A DNA stretch of 62,367 nucleotides, filler included, from Sphacelaria rigidula (GCA_964200075.2; 9 parts of 9 records of this genome joined end to end with filler, not necessarily neighbours in it), one strand, 5' to 3'. Counted from the whole stretch's first letter, positions 36,941 to 50,730 are shown. Numbers and translations are program-made. Notes: generated by a model from the sequence alone, not told the origin.

Positions 36941-39900
36941 CATCTATTGCATGTCACAAGGCTTGACATCACATCAACGACACAATAAAAAGTGACCAAC
37001 CTCTCTCGTGCCATCATATTGCTCGGTCGATATAAATCGAATATGCGAGGCGTCGACATTTGGGGTGGGCAATATGTATATATAGTGGCTCAGTTAGTTG
37101 GTAAGCTCGACCTTCTGACGGTTGGGTCGTGGGTTCGAATCTCGGTGCAGTCACACGGTCTGGGATGATCGTGTTGACCAGGGTGTGCTACTTTCCAAGT
37201 GAAAGGAGCCCAAAACTCACCCTCACTCGGATGCTATAATAGATACTTGGTAGTCTGGCGAAAATATCAAGACATACTGTACTCCACTGCCTTGGGCATA
37301 CCTCACTATATATGTAGCAGAGGTGGTGCAGCCTTTTGGTACCCTAGCGGCCGCTCCTCTGCAAAACAACTACTACGTGATCTGTAGTGGTTCACGGACC
37401 CTTTTCGGGACATGAGCAGCGTCCACCTCCTCCCCCCCCCATCATTTTGCGGGTCGCTTTTGTTGATTGACTTCATCTCCATCAGTACCTCGTGTGTAGA
37501 CTCTTCCGCTCATCCCAGCTTGATGCTCTTTGCGCATAGACTCCATTTCGGAGCGAGGGTAGACCTTTCACCTCCCCACAAGCACATGCTTGATAGCAGC
37601 CACTGCTGGACCATCATGATGTCAAAATCTGTACTTTTCAACGTACAGTAGTGGTATACAAGCGTATCATTGATATTACTTTGTTAGGGTGCCTCAGCAC
37701 GTGGGAAAATATTTTCATGGAACTCTGGAGAGACGGATGGGGCGTCGTTGCTCCACTTAAAAAAACTGGGGCACTGTACGTTTACAAACGCGCGTTTGCC
37801 ACACCAAGACATACGCACCCTTCTGGTCGCGTCCGCATCTCATCTGCTTCGCGCCTTTCAGTAGCGCGTTCTCGACTCAATTTCCCTCAAATTACCGCAC
37901 CACCACCACCACTTCCCAAACCTTGGGCAAAGCAACCGATCACTGCCTCCGTTTTTTTACCGCACAACGGTAGAATTCCGTGAAAGCCACCGAAATATTC
38001 ATCCCGACGTATATCCCATGAAAAATAAGCCACGCAACGCACATCATACTCTGCCCAGCCTCTCCATACCATTATCCAAGGTTCTATCGTCCTTGTGACA
38101 ACAGACCAATACGACGCCGCAGTACATACACATATATAATGTCATGCGGAAGGAGTGAAAGCTAAAGCCATGCCTTCATTACAAGCAAAAAGGACACACA
38201 CCCGCACCCCACCCATCCAAGGAAGGATCACAGCAATCAAGTCATTATACCGAAAAAATAATGCAGCCATGCGCACGCGTAGTCCTTCCTCCTCTACGCA
38301 CCATCCACGGATACGATCGAAGAGGAAACAGATAAAAAAAAGTGCGGAGGGGTGGGGGGGGAGGGCCCCTCAAAATCCAGAAATAGCAAAAATAAAAATA
38401 AAAATCAGCAGTGACTCGAGTACGGTAACAACTCAACATGAACAAAATGGCAACCCACACGCTCAACAACGCCCGTTCGTCTGGTGCCGAAAAATCAGCA
38501 TCGTCATACACGCCTGTGCTCAATCTGTCATCCTAGCTATTTCGGGGGATACAGGGCACGCCACCCCATAAGCAAAGCCCGTCCGCCACAATGTGCTACT
38601 AAACCCACGGGCGCCTCACAGTTACGGAGGGTCCGGCAGCAAAAAGAGAGCACAACAATGACCTACTCTCGGGGGTTCAGCCAAACAAGGACCATCAGCG
38701 AGCGAGCGCGGGAGGGCACCTCTATATATATATATATATCTATAGAAGTAAAGATACGCATCTCTCAAAAACCCATCAACTCACTTCCAACTGTGTTTTG
38801 GTGAAATTGAAAATCTAGGATACGTTCGAGGGTGAAAAGCGGTCAACTATTCACGAATGACAGTTTCAGTTCCGAAATGCCCCTCCGGGCCTTATGTACG
38901 CCCTCTGTAGTAGCTTGCCAATGAAGCCCTTGATATCCCCGAGTAGCATATCGACGTGTAGCTGTAAGCATGCGACAGTATTACAGGCAAACATAAGCAC
39001 ACACAGAAGTCAAGTTAGAGTGAAAAATAATTTCACTCTCAATCAACGCAAGAATCTAAAAACCTCACGAAAACATTTCCACACTGGTCCTCCAACATCC
39101 CGTTGACTTCTCGCCAGGCCGGTGCCGGTGCCCTCGTGTGTATACTCGCATTTGGCATCTATTTGCAGATATGTCCTTTTATAATAAAATGCCCTCTTTG
39201 GATCCAAAGGGTTGAGGGGGAAGGAACGAAGGGAGGGGAGAGGGGACGATACCAGGATAAGGGTACCACCAAAAACTGCACTGCACACCAGAGTCGACAA
39301 AATGTGTTAAGATTCAAATCTCGACAAATAAAAAGGCGAGAGAGGAACGACTGGTGATCGACTCTGGACTACAAACGCTTATTGTTTGCCGCTCTCTGAA
39401 CAAGCCTTCAAAATCTCTCCCGTCTATGAGCTGCAGTCCAAATCATGAACGATAGATGACAGCCCACAAGCCCCCTCCCGCCTGTACTGTCTTGTATGTA
39501 CAACAACATCACCCAGCCTACTTTCGACGGACGTTGACCCACCTCCCGACGAAACAAAAGCATGTACGTATATATAAACATCAATATATAAAGTATGAAA
39601 TGGGGCTGCTGCCCGAGCAAGAAGTAAAGTCATCACAAAGGTCTCACCACCCAAGGGAGAGAAAAAAAAATGAGAGCAAGAACAGCCCTAAAGCCTTAAA
39701 TGGCAACATCCGCAAAAACATGCAAACTACGGAGGAAAACAAGCGACCATCTATTTTTTTTGTTTGATTTCTCCTCCTTCGTCCGTTGTCTCTCAACTCT
39801 CGTCTAATAAAAGTATGTAAATCCTACTCATACACCGAATGGAAAAGCGACAGCCAGCCCGTAGTTACACATCTCCATTCATGGCATGCACATACACCCT

Positions 39901-42054
39901 GACGCCCACGCGCATCTCCTCTCGTTCTTGCACAAGCCCTCCTCGTTCACTTCCTTCCCGAAAACGGAAATGAAAAAAAGGATTATCGCATGATCGTGTA
40001 ACCAAAAGCAACCCGTCAAAACCACCTGCTGAGGGTAGGACGACCCCGTCAACGCAAAAGCCAAGGTGCAGAGGCGCCATCAGGAAATACGCAAATTACG
40101 AACAAAAACCTCACCAGAACACGAAAAATTAGAAACTTGGCCTTCCGAAAGGGGGCTAAATATCAAGCCGGCGTGCGTCTTGATATCGTAACTCGACACG
40201 AAACAGTCGAGCCTCGGCCCGACTTGAGTCTCGATAGGCCATGTTGGTATGATCATCATGTTCTCGGGATGATTCCAGCACTCTCTGCTCATCAGCCTCT
40301 ACAATTTTCCTCACCCTTTTCCTCCTCTCGTTCTCCATCGCCTGCTCCCGGACATGGAGATTTTGCATGTTCGAAACCGTCGTACTAAAAAATACTTCAG
40401 AAAAATAAAAAAGAAGAGACCAACCTCAAAACCCAAAGCGCCGGAAAGATTGAGGACAAAAACAAAGAAAAAAACGCGCACTGTGACCCCCGGACTATTG
40501 TACACGTGTATGCCATACGAGGTGTGTAGTCGTTCACAGGAAAACAAAACACACACACACACGAACACAACGCAGTATCTCTAGGAAAAACAAAACACAA
40601 AAAGAATGCAGAGCTCCGTTCCTAGTACTCCTCTTCGAACTGCAGTGTCGCACATCACACATCTCCAAGCGCGGGGTACGCGCTAAAACAGATTCACCTG
40701 TTCTTCGTACCCGCATCAATTCGCATTGATATCTCATTCCTTTCCCCCCCCCCCGCCACCCTCACCCCCATTATGCGAGGTCAACTCAACAGTCGTCCAT
40801 GATTATACCATGTAGGAACATGACCAACACAACCCCCCCCACCCCCCCCCTCTCCTGCGAGCGCGAGCCCTTGGTCATGTTCTCAGAACAAAGAAGGGTT
40901 GTAAAAAAATAAGAAAACGCCAAAGTACTCGAGACGAGACGAGGCAAACGCCGTGGCGTCTTCTCTTCCAACAGGAGTGTTCTACAATGCCTCGACTGTT
41001 GTAAAGAGCAACGAATAAATCCGTGCACGCGCGCACGGGAGAAAAACATACTTGGATCTCCCTGCATAACCATGGTATGATACAAATGGAAAAAATCACA
41101 CAATCATCCAAGTAATACAAGTATGGGAGAGGACAAGGGATAAGGAGAACAGGGAAGGAAACGGCATCACTGACTGCAAGAACATGACCATCCTATGCAT
41201 GACGCATGCTGAAACGCTTCTCGACAAGCACTGCTGTGACTTCATTAATCCCCCGTCCCTACGGGAACCTACGGGCCCAGCATGTAGACCCTGGTTTTGT
41301 TCCACTGCTCTAATACCCACTCCTTATTCCTGAAGAGGTGGGGAAGAGAGGGAGAAGAAAGAGACAAGGCAAGCAACTACATGTAACAACAATTTTTGCG
41401 AATCGAGGTTTAACTCCGAGATTAGGCTCAAAAGCACTAATACAGTGCTTTCCTCACACTTTCAGCGATGGTGCCAACTGACGTTCTTGTTGGCCTAATG
41501 CCCCTCGACCGCGTAGATACTTTTTCAGCGCATTTCACCGACTCTGTGNNNNNNNNNNNNNNNNNNNNNNNNNNNNNNNNNNNNNNNNNNNNTTAATTAA
41601 TTAANNNNNNNNNNNNNNNNNNNNNNNNNNNNNNNNNNNNNNNNNNNNCCCACGACATTGTCGCTCTCCACTGTTGGGCATGGTGTAAGAAAAAATCCCA
41701 GATTGCTCTGGGAATCGAACCCCACAACTCGACCGTCAGAAGATTACGAGGTTACCAACTGAGCCACCGGGGCAGTGGTCGAAGACGGCCTGGGGGCGGT
41801 GTTGGGGGTGGGCGCAGTCGAAGGCGACTGCTGCTGCGACTCACCTGTAGCCGGGGATGAAGGTGCCTGGGCGTCGCTCATCGCGTCAAAACTTCACCTC
41901 AGTACTCGTAATAAAAGTCTGGCAGACGTGCGCGTCCCCTTTTGTGTACAGTAGGTGGTTCCAGTTATCGCGCACTGTATAGCACATTGCACCGATATAA
42001 GCCGATATCTTACATGCATCACGTAATGCAGCCATATATACACTGTAGATCACC

Positions 42055-42310
42055 TGATATAGGCATCAAATTGTCCAGTATCATCTGGTATAGGCCTATA
42101 TATCACCCGATATAGGCCTATATATCATATACCATATATCATATACCCTTCTAGTCACATTTTGCTGAAAAAGCTCCATATAGGGTATATGATATAAAGT
42201 CATAAAAAATATCATTTCATATCATATACCCTCCGAAGAAACATGACTAAGGTATATGGAATATCATATAGTATAGGAGGGTATATATAGGCCAGGGGTA
42301 TATCTATACC
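42055..42310. repeat. AT-rich (ATATC/ATATAG) low-complexity element with short inverted ends
   Basis: GGCCTATATAT ... ATATATAGGCC with internal ATATCATATACC repeats. Confidence 0.5.
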
Positions 42311-44650
42311 AGGCTCTAAGCAACACGCCACTGTTTCGTTTGGAAGCCAGACACGTCATTCCTGACCAGCCTCTTGGTCGTTCTGGAGGTCCGGTCCCAC
42401 AAGGGGTAGATCAGCACTCCCGCACTCCTTCGTTTTTTCAAAAGTTTTCTGCTAATCACATCCCCACGACAGAAATCAGATACTCCTTGAAAGAAAAATA
42501 TACCTGCGGCGTTTCGAAGCCTTAACTCCGCTCTATCTGGTTCAAAGATACCCCAGTCAGACCAGTGGAACTGAGCGTATCCGAACAGGCAGGGCATTAA
42601 AAACAAGAACAAGCCGTACGATACGAGAAATTGGGCGTCCAGCACGCGTAGCATCGCTACCTTCGACCTTCATGTCTATTGTGTGTTCCGAGCTTGTGGT
42701 ATGGCCCGATGGGCGTGCGGGTGCCCTCGAACCGTTGTCTTGTGTGGGCTATGTAGGCTATGCATTGTCAAGAGGACAGACGTTCACCCAGTTCAACGAG
42801 CAAAGGCCTGTCGCTCCTTGGAGCCAGAGTCCCTGCATACAGGCAATGATCGTGGGTCTGAGCGATTTGCCTGTGTCACTGCAGCAAAAGTACTACTTGA
42901 GCTGTCAACAGTTAGCTTACCGGTGGCTCTTTGTCGGGCGATCTTCGGTAGTTGTGCTCCATTTTGAGGTGCTATGGTTCCTCAGGTTCTCCAGGTCTTC
43001 ACCGTGGTTCAGGTACAGGCTGTCGGCAAAAGTAGACAATTTTAGGTACACACGATCTTGTTTTGCAGCATCTGCTGCACTGATGAGTACCCTCCCGTCT
43101 CGGCCAACAAATGGTCCTATTTTTGGTGCAAGGTATTATCATGTTTGAATCTGTACACCCGCAATAGTCTCACGAGGGCACAGATATACCTTAAACGTGG
43201 CTATTTCTCCCACGAATATATTGATGCCTCTTTTCTTGCGTAGGGGTCAATTGTTGAGTATGTTGATACATAACTGCTGTACGTTCTCCTACCGTGTGTC
43301 CGCCCATTGTTTGATCTCATGTTATGGGGACCTCATTTACACTAAAAAATGCCTTTCTGTGGGAGGGTAGGGATGGAGACGGTCTCGACAGCTGGGGTCG
43401 TCATGCGCGGATTTAATGGATGGTGGGAAGAATGGCGGTGTTGAGGGATGCAGCCGATCGCGATGGACAACGTTGGATAAGGTGTGGCTATGGCGTTTCG
43501 GCGCGTTCTTCACGCCTCAAGAATTTATGAAATGAAAGTAGACCTTAACGCTCCTTGACCAACCATCCGACATAGGCCGGCATACAGAAAACATTGCAAT
43601 GCATACATGTGGCTAAATTGCATACAGCATGCGACAAATATATAGCGTCTAGCTTGACCATTGTCGTCGGCTGAAGTCTGATATTTGTTTTATACACTCG
43701 CATCTACATGAAGATGTACATCTTATATTTCGAAACAAGGGATCATGCCAGGGTCGTCACGGTTATCGTGCGTATCGTGTACGTCATCCCACGTTGGAAT
43801 GTCTGTTTGTTCAGTGAGTATTTACCGTACTTCTGCGCAGCGAGAACGATCTGCATCATTCACCTGTACGGCGCGCTAGCGTGCTCGGTGAAAATCAGCA
43901 ATAGATAAGCTGTTCCACGACACCAAATGTTTGGTACTACGCATGCACCCAAGTCAGCGCCGACTGTCAGTGGCTATTGTGGCTATTGTGACAATGTTCC
44001 ACACCCTGGACAATATATGGCCAATAGTTGCAACAGACAAGAAACGTACTGCATAATGTATAGGCCTATTGCGACTATTGTTGGGCGGCAATAGTTACAT
44101 TAGGCCTGTACTTTATGCAGTACAATTCTCGTCTATTGCATCTATTGACCATATATTGTCCAGGGTGTGCAATGTTCACTGCGTTTCTCCAGTCCGTTGC
44201 TCCACCTCAGGTGATGGCGAACCTAACCGATGTGTGTGCGGTGTGCTTGTGCTTGAACAGTCAACTACGTGGCATAAATGAGTTGTTGTACCGTGTAGTA
44301 TATACGATTTTTTTCAGACGAAAGTTGGTGTATCGAAATAGTATATACTTGTTTATGAGTATAAATATATGATCACGTAACAGGCAGTTCCGTCAAGCAA
44401 TCTTCGGATGCCGAACCGCATTTTTTCTCTTCTCTTTTTGTTGTCGGTCACAACACGCAAGTCGTGATCAACGCTGAACACGACATCGACAGAAGAGTCT
44501 CCGCAAACTGTCCGATATGCCTCCATCTCCAGAGGCAGTAGGTGTTTCCATCTCACCCGGCACTCGACACCCCTTCTGTACCCGAGATCCGATCTTACGA
44601 GCGAGGTACGAGGAAGACAGCTGAACAGACGACTCGTTCGGTACGAACAG

Positions 44651-44782
44651 GTGGTGCGCTTGAGGGGCGGCGTGAAGCGGGCAGTCGTTAAGGCGGAGGA
44701 TAGCGAGGACGAGGGGGATGAGGACGCCGACATGGACACGGGGAGCAGCCCTCTGTCTGCGCTTACGGGGGTATTCGCGGCT
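44651..44782 (+). CDS. Derlin-like gene, exon encoding the N-terminal extension: VVRLRGGVKRAVVKAEDSEDEGDEDADMDTGSSPLSALTGVFAA
   Basis: cag| acceptor and |gtgagt donor, 132 nt, phase 0; LRGG motif and acidic spacer. Confidence 0.65.
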
Positions 44783-44814
44783 GTGAGTGAAAGGAACAGT
44801 TTACGGGGCTCGTA

Positions 44815-47235
44815 CGAGCTGGGCCAGCCTACGGGGCGAAATTGTAGATTGCAGGCCCATTCGCCGGCCAATATTTAGAGCTGGACCCTAAAATTTGACA
44901 TGGACAATGAGTATGTCACAAGGCTACTTCTTATGTATAAGAAAACACGTTGTCAAAAAAGCCCTCTTTCAACAACACGAATTCCAACATAATTTGTCAA
45001 AGTAGCCCTTCTTACGTGATCGACGCACCATCAACATTGAAAACGCAGTGTTCATCGTTTTCGTTTTCTATCAGTTGTGCAGGCATAATTTCAAATTTTG
45101 GGGCATTTGAGAGAGACGCAGCACTCTGCTGTCCTGTCGTGGTGTACGGTCCGTACAGACTATCTGTACTACTGTGATACATTGCCTGAGCAATACATGG
45201 TGGGGTGCGTGACGCAAGACCGTCGATAAGAACACCAGAACACCGCCTTACTGTACCAACTGACTGTAGAAGTGACGGTTGTGCTTTTTCACTGCACGGT
45301 AGTACTTGACCGAAAGGACAGCACACACAATGGTACACACAACAGTGCTGTATTGTATGCATCGGCTGTAGTACTACCACAGTAGCACTGTTCATAGTCT
45401 CGTGTGTACTGTCAGTACGGTCCTGTATCTACAAGGCTTGGGTGCGTAGGCAGTGTGTACTGCAAATCGACGTCTGTTCGCAACAAGCTGCATGCACAGA
45501 TCTCAACTGAGCTGTAAGTTCGCTGCACTGTTGTAGTACTCGGTTGCACGGGCAGCACAGACAACAGTACAGACACTCGTGTTGTGTTGTATGCGTTTGA
45601 CCTACCACAGTAGTAGCACTATCTATCTCATAGTCTTGTGTGTACTGTCAGTTCGGTCCTGTCTCTACAAGACTTGGGTGCGTGGGCAGTCTGTAAAGCA
45701 TTGCGACGGCTGTTGTTGACGACACGCTGCGTGCACAGACCTGAACTAAGCTACAATTTTTTTACCGACGACATACAGCATAGACTGTCCTGTCTGTTCT
45801 GCTGTCTTCATCGACCCTGTCCTCTGCTGTTCTCATGGGGTAAGGGGCCACCACGCTACTGGCGAGCGAAGGACAATGATGCAACATACTGAATGCCCAC
45901 GAGCACCGGCGACAGCATTGGTGGTGATGGCAGCCAAGCCATCACAAGTGCGGTCGTGGGCTGTAATGTGTGTTCAAGCGTGTTCAAACGAGGTTCAAAC
46001 GCTTTTTCAATAACATTTTGTGATTTTCTGATAACTTGGGACTACCGGAAAATATCATCAGAAAGCATTCTATCAGGAAACGCGTTTTCTGATCACATAA
46101 TGAGTGGGTATTTGGTCATTTATCAGAAAACGCGTTTTCTGATGAATGTTTTTTTTTACATGAGAAGTAGCTTAATGATAATGTAAAAAAAAAGTGCACT
46201 CAAAATATTTTATTCAATATTTTTTCATAAATTATCGGCATTCCACTGATACCTGGAAACTGATTATTGCCTTTAACTCATTCATGAAAGAAAAACTCTT
46301 CGTGTGCACCGACAATTTTTGGATTATGCCCTATTCATGGTCCATTCCAAATTTTAGGGTCCAACTCTGAATATTGGTCGGCGAATGGACCGTTTAGTAA
46401 CCGGGTCGGCAGAAATTCGGAACATTATTTTGCAGGCCACTTACCGGCCCACGTTTGGTCTTTGTGTGGGACCTCGCTGATGAAGGGGAAAATTCGGTCA
46501 CGTTGTTATTTTTATATTTTTTCCACTGCTTGAGGGCGTTTAGTATGGTGACGACTATTTTTTTACAATAATGCCGGAACCTCTCCCAAAAACAATGAAG
46601 GCGCATTTTTTTTTCAATATATATATATATAGTAAACCTCTGTGGTTTTCCATGCGCAGTTTCAAGTCACAGTTCTTGAAGTTGAGCTAAAATTGGGATG
46701 AGGCCCAAGTGGAATGTTCATTTCTCCTCAAAGCCCCCCTGAAAAAAAAAACTGTTTTCATTTCATCATGCATTAGCGATTCTCCATACGAAATTTCACA
46801 GCACAACTCTCATAAACTGAGACGCGATATCCTGACTTGAGGCACTGAGTCCCTCTGCTCCTAATATATTGATTTGAGTATGAAAACTGATGTGTGCCAT
46901 ACCTCGAGATGTGTGACGAATAAGGTGAAAGTGAGGGTATCTATCGTCTCCCCGTGCTCCAGGGACTGTCTACACCAAAAATCGTCATCCGCTGAATGTA
47001 TCATTCGGGGTTTCATGTAGACTTTAGCATGGACCTCACCTTGGAATGTATGGTATAGGAATTAGTAGACATGGGGTTTGATTAACGAGAAAGTATTAGC
47101 CCAGATGTTTGAGCAGATGAGCACCTTCCCCTTGACTAGAAGATTAAGAGGGTATGTGGATCACGGCCCAATTCGTCTGTGTCGATGAGATGTTGCTTTG
47201 AGAACTTGAACCCGTTTCTAGGCTGGCCCAGCTCG
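44815..47235. mobile_element. 2.4-kb TA-flanked TIR element (family T-CGAG) in the Derlin intron; no transposase ORF seen
   Basis: TA|CGAGCTGGGCCAGCCTA ... TAGGCTGGCCCAGCTCG|TA; internal inverted pair at about 44859-44898 and 46347-46387. Another right end of the family lies at about 28002-28018. Confidence 0.8.
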
Positions 47236-48162
47236 TATATGTGCCTGTTTTTGTGTTTGGTCGATTTATGGGTGGTTCCGTCGTCGTTGCCCATAGATTA
47301 TTTGGTGTCGACCGTATACACATGTGTGTGCGTGCGTGTAATTTCGCTACTAACGTGCCCTGTTCACATGAAATCGCTGCACAACAGAACTGCTCCTCAC
47401 AAGCCGCTGACGTCACACACACATACACAACACGGGGTAACGATTCACGGCGATAAATTAATATTTGACCAGTCAAGAGAGTGAGTGATACGCAGGAATG
47501 AACTCGGAATGCTGCACGAGCGAGGAATCAGCTTTCATGTGTCATGACTTGAAATCCATTCGAATACAGTATGTCACGCCCTGGACAAGAGATTGCATTG
47601 TCAAAGAGTGTACTGCGTACAGTATCGAGTATTGCGTCTAATGCAGTAGACATCAGATTCCATTCTGTACGCAGTACCTTGGATGTAATCTATCGTCTAG
47701 CTGCATGTAGCTCTTGTCTTGTTTTCGATTTTGCACTTTTCTTGTTCCTCGTCCCCTTTTGGCTCCGTTCCACCTCCCCTCGTCCCTTTCTGTCTGCTTC
47801 TGGTTTTCATCATCACGCGCATGGTTGCTCCGATTTCCAGCATAAATATTACGAGAATTAACGGGCACAGGCTGCTCTTGTTTTCGTTTCGCCTTTGTAC
47901 GGCGGGGACAAATAAGATGAAGGGGTACGTCGTTTTCCCTCATGTCTTGTTGTTTCTCACATGAACCCTTTTCCATAAAACGTAGCGCCCGTGGTTACAA
48001 GGGGCGCGTTACAAAACTACAGAATACCAGCGAACAGTAAATAATTGGCCCATGGAAAGTGTGTGTGTGTCTCTTGAGCATGAAGGCGGCTGATCAGATA
48101 AATGGATACATGTTTACCCCCCCCCCCCCCCCCCGCCTCCCGCTTTTTTTGCCATGCTATAG

Positions 48163-48285
48163 ATGCCGCCAGCAACCCGAGTGTACGTGATGATGCTCAT
48201 GCTGGTGACCGCGGCGGATGTGTGTACGGGCGAAATGATGGACGCCGGCGCTACGTTCGGGCTGGACTGGGGGAGAACCTTCAAG
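48163..48285 (+). CDS. Derlin (DER1-like) first TM exon: MPPATRVYVMMLMLVTAADVCTGEMMDAGATFGLDWGRTFK
   Basis: tag| acceptor and |gtgctg donor, 123 nt, phase 0; splicing gives F..MPP.TR.Y, the Derlin N-terminal motif. Confidence 0.6.
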
Positions 48286-48744
48286 GTGCTGCTGGTCTCT
48301 TGCCTATGATGACGCCGCTTGTTGGTGTTATCGCAGTAGTGGGAACAATCATGTTGTTTGGTCGAACTTTCCCAACGTTCCTCGGGTTCCGCACCCTCGG
48401 CCCTCCCGAAACAACTTTCGCGAAGGTTTCCCCCCCCCCCCCGCCCTCCCTGCCGAAAAAGATCACTGGCCAGTGATCAACCGACACANNNNNNNNNNNN
48501 NNNNNNNNNNNNNNNNNNNNNNNNNNNNNNNNTTAATTAATTAANNNNNNNNNNNNNNNNNNNNNNNNNNNNNNNNNNNNNNNNNNNNTGAGATTGCTTG
48601 ATGTACTGTATTATTGTTGTGTTCGTCTGTCTGTAATCTTTAATATCAGTCGGGACGCAGTGCGGTCTACACACTTGACTGTCTGTTGAAACTTCATGTT
48701 ATCCGGACCCATCACTCGCGTTCGGATAACATGAAGTTGGTGTG

Positions 48745-48987
48745 CACAGGCGGTGAGAATCGTAACGTTCAGCTCTTTTTGGAAGAAGCGAAGGGTTCTG
48801 CTCGAAACTTTTGGTGTACAACATCCGATAGAAGTGCATTGGTGTAGGGTCCCAGCCGCCGTAGCTTGGAAAGCGTATTGTTGTCGATAACTAATGCAAA
48901 ATATGCGGAAGTAGGGTTGTCGTTGGTGGTGTTATGCTCCCTGAAGAAGCGCGCTGCGAAGCGTGCACAAGCGTCTCACCGCCTGTG
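48745..48987. mobile_element. Short TIR element with CACAGG termini
   Basis: Perfect 14-bp TIRs CACAGGCGGTGAGA / TCTCACCGCCTGTG. Confidence 0.7.
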
Positions 48988-49180
48988 TCACTTTGTGGCG
49001 TGAGTGTCGAGGATGGCGGAGCACGGTGATTCGGCTTGTGGTGTCTCTATGTGTTCACCAACTCCGTCCTGTGGGGGCGTCATGAGTTGCCCTGGCGGTT
49101 CTGTGTCCTCCATGGTTCTCGCTGTGCGTCCCTCGATAGAGTGGGGCAAAGTCGTGCTGTATATCTCGCCTGGTGATGGC

Positions 49181-49385
49181 TGTAATGCGTGAGAGAACCG
49201 CGTGCTTTGGGGACCGTATCGTTGTTCGAAACATCTCAGGATCGACGTTTTTCAAAACCAATCGAGCCAGTCCCTGTAGGGCCCCTGACCCTAATCCTAA
49301 CACTAGCCCTAAGCCTAACCCTAATTATAGGCATGTTCAATTTCCGATGCGATCCTCTAAGCCCGCGGTCCTCTCACGCACTACA
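49181..49385. mobile_element. Family M-tel complete copy with a 5-bp TSD
   Basis: TGTAATGCGTGAGAG ... CTCTCACGCACTACA, with ATGGC on both flanks; internal CCTAAC-like repeats. Confidence 0.9.
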
Positions 49386-49859
49386 ATGGCGCTGATTATG
49401 TCCAGAATCTTGAACGCCCACAGATTTCTCGAGATCCCGCTGGTGGTAACATGATCGGTAGATACATTAGCCTGTTTAGGTAGAACGCAGGTGTGGTCGC
49501 GACGGTTTGGTAAAAAGTCGTCGTCAGTGGCGTACTTGTAACCCTCACTGTCACCAGGCTCCCTATCGCTGGATGGAAGCAGATATATCAGATGCGGTGA
49601 CTCCTCTGGCAGCGCAAGGTGTGACGGCGTCTCGATGAAGGAATGATGCCGCGATACCCCCCCCCCCCCTCGAACAAGCCTCAAAACTGGCACGAAGAAA
49701 ATGCCCATAGAGCGCAAGGTAATTGATTTCAGACTTGATGAAGCCCCTCATTTGGGCGACATTGGCGAAACCTATCCCAAGCATGGGAGTCCCAAGCTGG
49801 TCGTCGTGCGCCGCGTTTGTCATTATGATTCACATGTAGATTTCTTGTCCTCAAAGCAG

Positions 49860-50730
49860 CCATTCCTGGGGTAGGACTATCGCGGCATCACTCGAAGACG
49901 ACGTGCCTGCTCTCCATGATACAGCGGACGACCGGGTTGTGAACATCGTAGATCTTGCTGCCAATGCTTTACTCAACCAATCGTCCTTCGATTGCCTCGA
50001 GAACGAGTTTGGGGGTGCGCCACTCGATGTGTACTAAGACCCTCGCTTCGATAACGCGGAGATGCCGTAGATCAGCCGTCCGCTTCAGCATCTTGTAGGG
50101 ATATTGCATGTCAACCCGGAATGCGGTGCTCTGTTTGCAAGATACGCCGCTGTGGACATTAGTTATCCCCTGAGAGGTAGGCAAACGGCCGTCGGCGAGC
50201 ATCCCCCTAACCATTGCAGCGAGCGTATTCCCGACGCGCTCGGAGTAGCCGATTTGTTGTTGTGGGTTGATGCTGACATGCTCCGGCAATACTCCTGTCT
50301 CGCGATAGTAGTCCCTGAACTCGTTGCCGATGAACGCCCCCCCTTGTCAGCCCGCAGTCGCTCAACCCAGGCACCGCCAGGAATTACCATGAACTATACA
50401 AACGACTGGAATGCATGGGGTGCGTCGTCCTTGTTCTTCAGTAGATAAATCTCCGTTCATCTGGTATACTCATCGGAGATTTGGAGGTATACTTGAAGCC
50501 CCCAAGCTCCTCTGGTGTGAATGGTCCCATAACCTCGGCGATGACCAGTTAAAATCCGCGGTGGATCTTGTGTTCGGCCGTCTTCAAATAGGCTAGTCGG
50601 CGACTTTTCTCACAGCACAAACGTCAGATATCGGTACGGTTTCACCGATCTTCACCCCCTCGCCATCCACCTTCTTCAGCAGGTTCAAACTGTTGAGATG
50701 CCCCATTCGCTGATGCCAGAGTGTGACAGT
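49860..50730 (-). mobile_element. Ty1/Copia gag-pre-integrase and integrase remnant
   Basis: TLWHQRMGHLN; PQQQIGYSERVGNTLAAMVRGMLAD..LP; PYKML..ADLRHLRVI.AR..VHIE; many disablements. Confidence 0.85.

Noticed and set aside
37085..37170. Possible tRNA gene
   Set aside because: It has A/B boxes but no proper acceptor stem, and it recurs as diverged SINE-like heads.
39100..39200. Degenerate CCCH-like peptide (AKCEYTH) on the minus strand
   Set aside because: The upstream cysteines are missing and there is no supporting exon structure.
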